A stretch of DNA of 64,000 bases from an uncultured Acidobacteriota bacterium (GTDB lineage Bacteria; Actinomycetota; Acidimicrobiia; Spongiisociales; ZC4RG35), in assembly GCA_963828465.1 (NCBI GenBank), contig CAWHEU010000009.1:1-64000 (forward strand), read 5' to 3'. The translations under genes were made by a program, and so were the position numbers. Below the pieces are notes generated by a model. That model saw only the letters and a list, made by a program, of their open reading frames with translations, was not told the DNA's origin and did not search any database. Below are positions 61,366 through 64,000 of the stretch, in pieces. Within the stretch, counting starts at the first letter, position 1. The number at the start of each line of letters is the position of its first letter.

Positions 61366-62205
61366 ATGGCCGTCGATCTCCACACGCATTCCACGGCCTC
61401 CGACGGATCGGAGACGCCCTCCGCACTCGTCGAGATGGCTGTTCACCTGGGTCTGAGCGCCTTCGCCCTCACCGATCACGACACGCTCCAGGGGATCGAC
61501 GAGGCACGTGCTTCTGCGGACAGGGCGGGGATCGATCTCATCCCCGGCACCGAGCTTTCTCTGGAGTACACAGGTGGGATGCACCTGGTCGTGCTCTGGC
61601 TGGAGCCGGGGCCGGGTCCACTCCAGGACCGGCTCGCCGGGCTCCAGTTCGGTCGCGAGGGGCGCAACGCAGCCATAGTCGACGTGCTCGCCGACCGCGG
61701 CATGCCGATCACCCTCGAGGAAGTATTAGAGGAGTCGGGCGGCGGCACCGTAGGACGACCCCACATCGCCGCCGTCATGTTGCGAAAGGGCTACGTGGAG
61801 TCGATCGCCGAGGCCTTCGAGATGTGGTTGGGGGCCGGGAAGCCCGCCTACGCCCACCGGCCACGTCTCCCACCCGAAGAGGCGATCGGTCTCGCCCGCG
61901 AGTCTGGTGGAGTGCCGGTGCTCGCCCACCCCCACACGCTCGGCATCAATCGTTCCCATGAGATGTCCGAACTCCTCGTCCGGCTCCGCTCGGCAGGGCT
62001 GGTCGGTTTGGAGGCGACGTACTCGGCCTACCAAAGGCACGAGCGCGAGGGCTATGCGGATCTCGCCCGTCGCTTCGGACTGATCGTGTCGGGAGGGAGC
62101 GACTACCACGGTTCGTACAAACCGAATCTCGAGCTCGGAACCGGGTACGGCGACTTGGTGGTCCCTGAAGAGGTCATGGATGAGCTCCGGGCGGCGGCAG
62201 GATGA
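61366..62205 (+). CDS. PHP domain phosphoesterase (TrpH/YciV-like)
   Basis: DLHTHSTASDG, LTDHDT, GRPHIA, LAHP, GGSDYHG. Confidence 0.92.
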   Translation: MAVDLHTHSTASDGSETPSALVEMAVHLGLSAFALTDHDTLQGIDEARASADRAGIDLIPGTELSLEYTGGMHLVVLWLEPGPGPLQDRLAGLQFGREGRNAAIVDVLADRGMPITLEEVLEESGGGTVGRPHIAAVMLRKGYVESIAEAFEMWLGAGKPAYAHRPRLPPEEAIGLARESGGVPVLAHPHTLGINRSHEMSELLVRLRSAGLVGLEATYSAYQRHEREGYADLARRFGLIVSGGSDYHGSYKPNLELGTGYGDLVVPEEVMDELRAAAG

Positions 62206-63734
62206 GCCGGCCGCTCAAGATGGGAGCGGCCGCCGCCGTGATCTCGGCGAGCATCCTCATCTCCCGTCTGCTTGGCCTGGGCCGTGAGGCTTTGCTCGCC
62301 GCCCTGATCGGGGTGAACACCGAGGGTGATCTCTACCGCCAAGCGTTCCTCATCCCCGATTTCCTCAACTACCTCCTGGCAGGGGCCTACCTCACCATCA
62401 CCCTGATCCCGATCCTGAGCCGGCATCTGGAACAGGACGATCCAGACGGGGCGAGCCGGGCATTCACCTCCGTCTTCCGATTCGTGGCCTGGGCCATCCT
62501 CGGTCTGACGACGGTGATGTGGCTGGCGGCGGAGCCAATGGTTTCGCTCATATTCCGTAACGTGCCCGACCCGGAGAGATTGGCATCCCTGACCAGGTTG
62601 GTGCTCCCGGCCCAGGTGTTTCTGGTCATGGGCGCCCTGCTCATGGCGGTCCAATACACCCATCGTCGGTTCCTGATGCCTGCATTGGCCCCGATCGTCT
62701 ACAACGTCGGGATCATCGCCGGCGGGCTGATCGGGGCGGCGATTGGCGAGCCGGGCCCGGAGGCGTTCCTGTGGGGTGCCGTCATCGGCTCTGCGGTGGG
62801 CAACTTCGGGCTGCAATGGTTCGGGGCTCGCGCCACCGGAACCTGGCTGACTCGTGTGCCGCGCGGCACGTCATCTGTGAAGGAGTACCTGATCCTGGCG
62901 CTACCACTGATGCTGGGTCAGTCCATCGCTGTGCTCGACGAGCAGTTCGTCAGGTTGTTCGCGCAGATCGATGAGGGAGCCACCTCGGCGCTCTCCTTCG
63001 CTCGCCAGCTCAACATGGTGCCGGTCGGGGTGATCGCACAGGCGGCAGGTGTGGCCGCCTTTCCGTTCCTCGCCCGATTGGCGGCGGGAGGCAACCAGGA
63101 CGAGCTGACCCGGACCACGGGAAGGGCGGCCCGCAACACCGTATTCGTGGCGGCCGCCGCCACCGCGGCGCTGGTGGTCCTGGCCCGCCCTCTCGTCCGG
63201 CTCATCTACCAGCACGGCGAGTTCAGCGCGACCGACGGCGAGTTGGTGGCAAACCTGCTCGTGCTCTATGCATTCTCCATCCCGGCCTGGGGCCTTCATC
63301 AGATCCTGTCCCGCCACTTCTACGCGAAGCGGATGATGTGGCGGGTGGTTCTCATCGGCACCGTAGGGACGCTTCTCGCCATCCCGGTCTGGCTCGGTCT
63401 CTACTCCACCATGGGCGTGGAGGGGTTCGCCCTCGCTTCGACTCTGGTGATGACCGCCTACGCCCTGGCCCTCCTCGTGGCCTGGGGCCTCGATGCCGGA
63501 TGGGGCGCGGTGCGAGCCCTCGTCCCATCGCTGCTCAGAGGCTTGGTGGCTGCCGCACTCGCCGTGTTGTTGGCATATCCCCTGGTCAGAGCTCTATTCG
63601 ACAATGGAGACCTGACGATCTGGGAGAGTCTGGCCGCCGCCGCCTTGGGTGGCCTCACCACTCTCGCCGTGTTTCTCGGGGTCTCCTACCTGCTCCGGGC
63701 CCCCGAACTGCGGGACCTGACTCGGCAACGCTGA
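62202..63734 (+). CDS. murJ: Lipid II flippase
   Basis: SRLLGLGRE, AFLIPD, PALAPIVYNVGII, PVGVIAQA, FYA. Confidence 0.9.
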   Translation: MSRPLKMGAAAAVISASILISRLLGLGREALLAALIGVNTEGDLYRQAFLIPDFLNYLLAGAYLTITLIPILSRHLEQDDPDGASRAFTSVFRFVAWAILGLTTVMWLAAEPMVSLIFRNVPDPERLASLTRLVLPAQVFLVMGALLMAVQYTHRRFLMPALAPIVYNVGIIAGGLIGAAIGEPGPEAFLWGAVIGSAVGNFGLQWFGARATGTWLTRVPRGTSSVKEYLILALPLMLGQSIAVLDEQFVRLFAQIDEGATSALSFARQLNMVPVGVIAQAAGVAAFPFLARLAAGGNQDELTRTTGRAARNTVFVAAAATAALVVLARPLVRLIYQHGEFSATDGELVANLLVLYAFSIPAWGLHQILSRHFYAKRMMWRVVLIGTVGTLLAIPVWLGLYSTMGVEGFALASTLVMTAYALALLVAWGLDAGWGAVRALVPSLLRGLVAAALAVLLAYPLVRALFDNGDLTIWESLAAAALGGLTTLAVFLGVSYLLRAPELRDLTRQR

Positions 63735-63738
63735 CTCA

Positions 63739-63939
63739 TCATCCGGGTCGGAGGATGTCCCGGGGCATGTTCGGCTCCTCGGGGCGATCCGCGAGCATCC
63801 AGGCCGGGACGGGGCGTGATGTCCCCTGGGGGGCGCGACTCGCCGCGCTCTCCTCCTCGGAGATCCGGTCGAGGACGACGGCGATCAACGCCGCCTCGAA
63901 CTCGCCGGCACCACCTCTGATCTCGATGTCTCGAATCAT
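63739..63939 (-). CDS. Acyl-CoA carboxylase epsilon subunit-like small protein
   Basis: IEIRGGAGEFEAALIAVVL...PAW pattern; start overlaps the stop of the upstream epimerase-like gene. Confidence 0.55.
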   Translation of the reverse strand: MIRDIEIRGGAGEFEAALIAVVLDRISEEESAASRAPQGTSRPVPAWMLADRPEEPNMPRDILRPG

Positions 63940-64000
63940 GCGGGCAACTCCACCAGTTCGATCAACGTACCAGCGAGGTCGGCTGGATGGACGAATGCGA
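63936..64000 (-). CDS. mce: Methylmalonyl-CoA epimerase/VOC family protein, C-terminal fragment
   Basis: AFVHPADLAGTLIELVELPA*. Confidence 0.65.
   Translation of the reverse strand, partial: AFVHPADLAGTLIELVELPA

Overview
GC-rich bacterial chromosome segment, most likely from an actinobacterium (two WhiB genes, GlnR-like and RegX3-like regulators, F420-dependent LLM oxidoreductase, AccE-like subunit; Acidimicrobiia-like is an inference). Most of it is housekeeping: three amino-acid ABC transporter operons, dxs, a full phosphate locus (pstSCAB-phoU-regX3-phoR plus ppk1), glnA-glnR, Fe-S carriers, selA-selB, tRNA-Pro(CGG), ask-asd, murJ. About ten single-base frameshifts in conserved genes suggest long-read assembly error rather than true pseudogenes. 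The most notable observations are: (1) a ~8.6 kb island at the left end (topoisomerase IB, two GT4 glycosyltransferases, GH130, F420 LLM enzyme, BON protein, non-canonical PolX-PHP, small ORF) in which four transcription units carry the same GTTT-N16/17-GGG(T/A)AA SigF/SigB-type promoter; (2) a dispersed 51-bp palindromic repeat with a compensatory base change, in three copies, two of them inverted just upstream of selA; (3) two 28-bp operator-like palindromes between a Cys-rich HTH regulator and a DoxX-like gene; (4) PHO boxes upstream of pstS and possibly ppk1, next to an adenylate-cyclase remnant; (5) a stand-alone OLD-type TOPRIM gene near the tRNA and two candidate structured RNAs. No CRISPR array, rRNA, transposase or integrase was seen.
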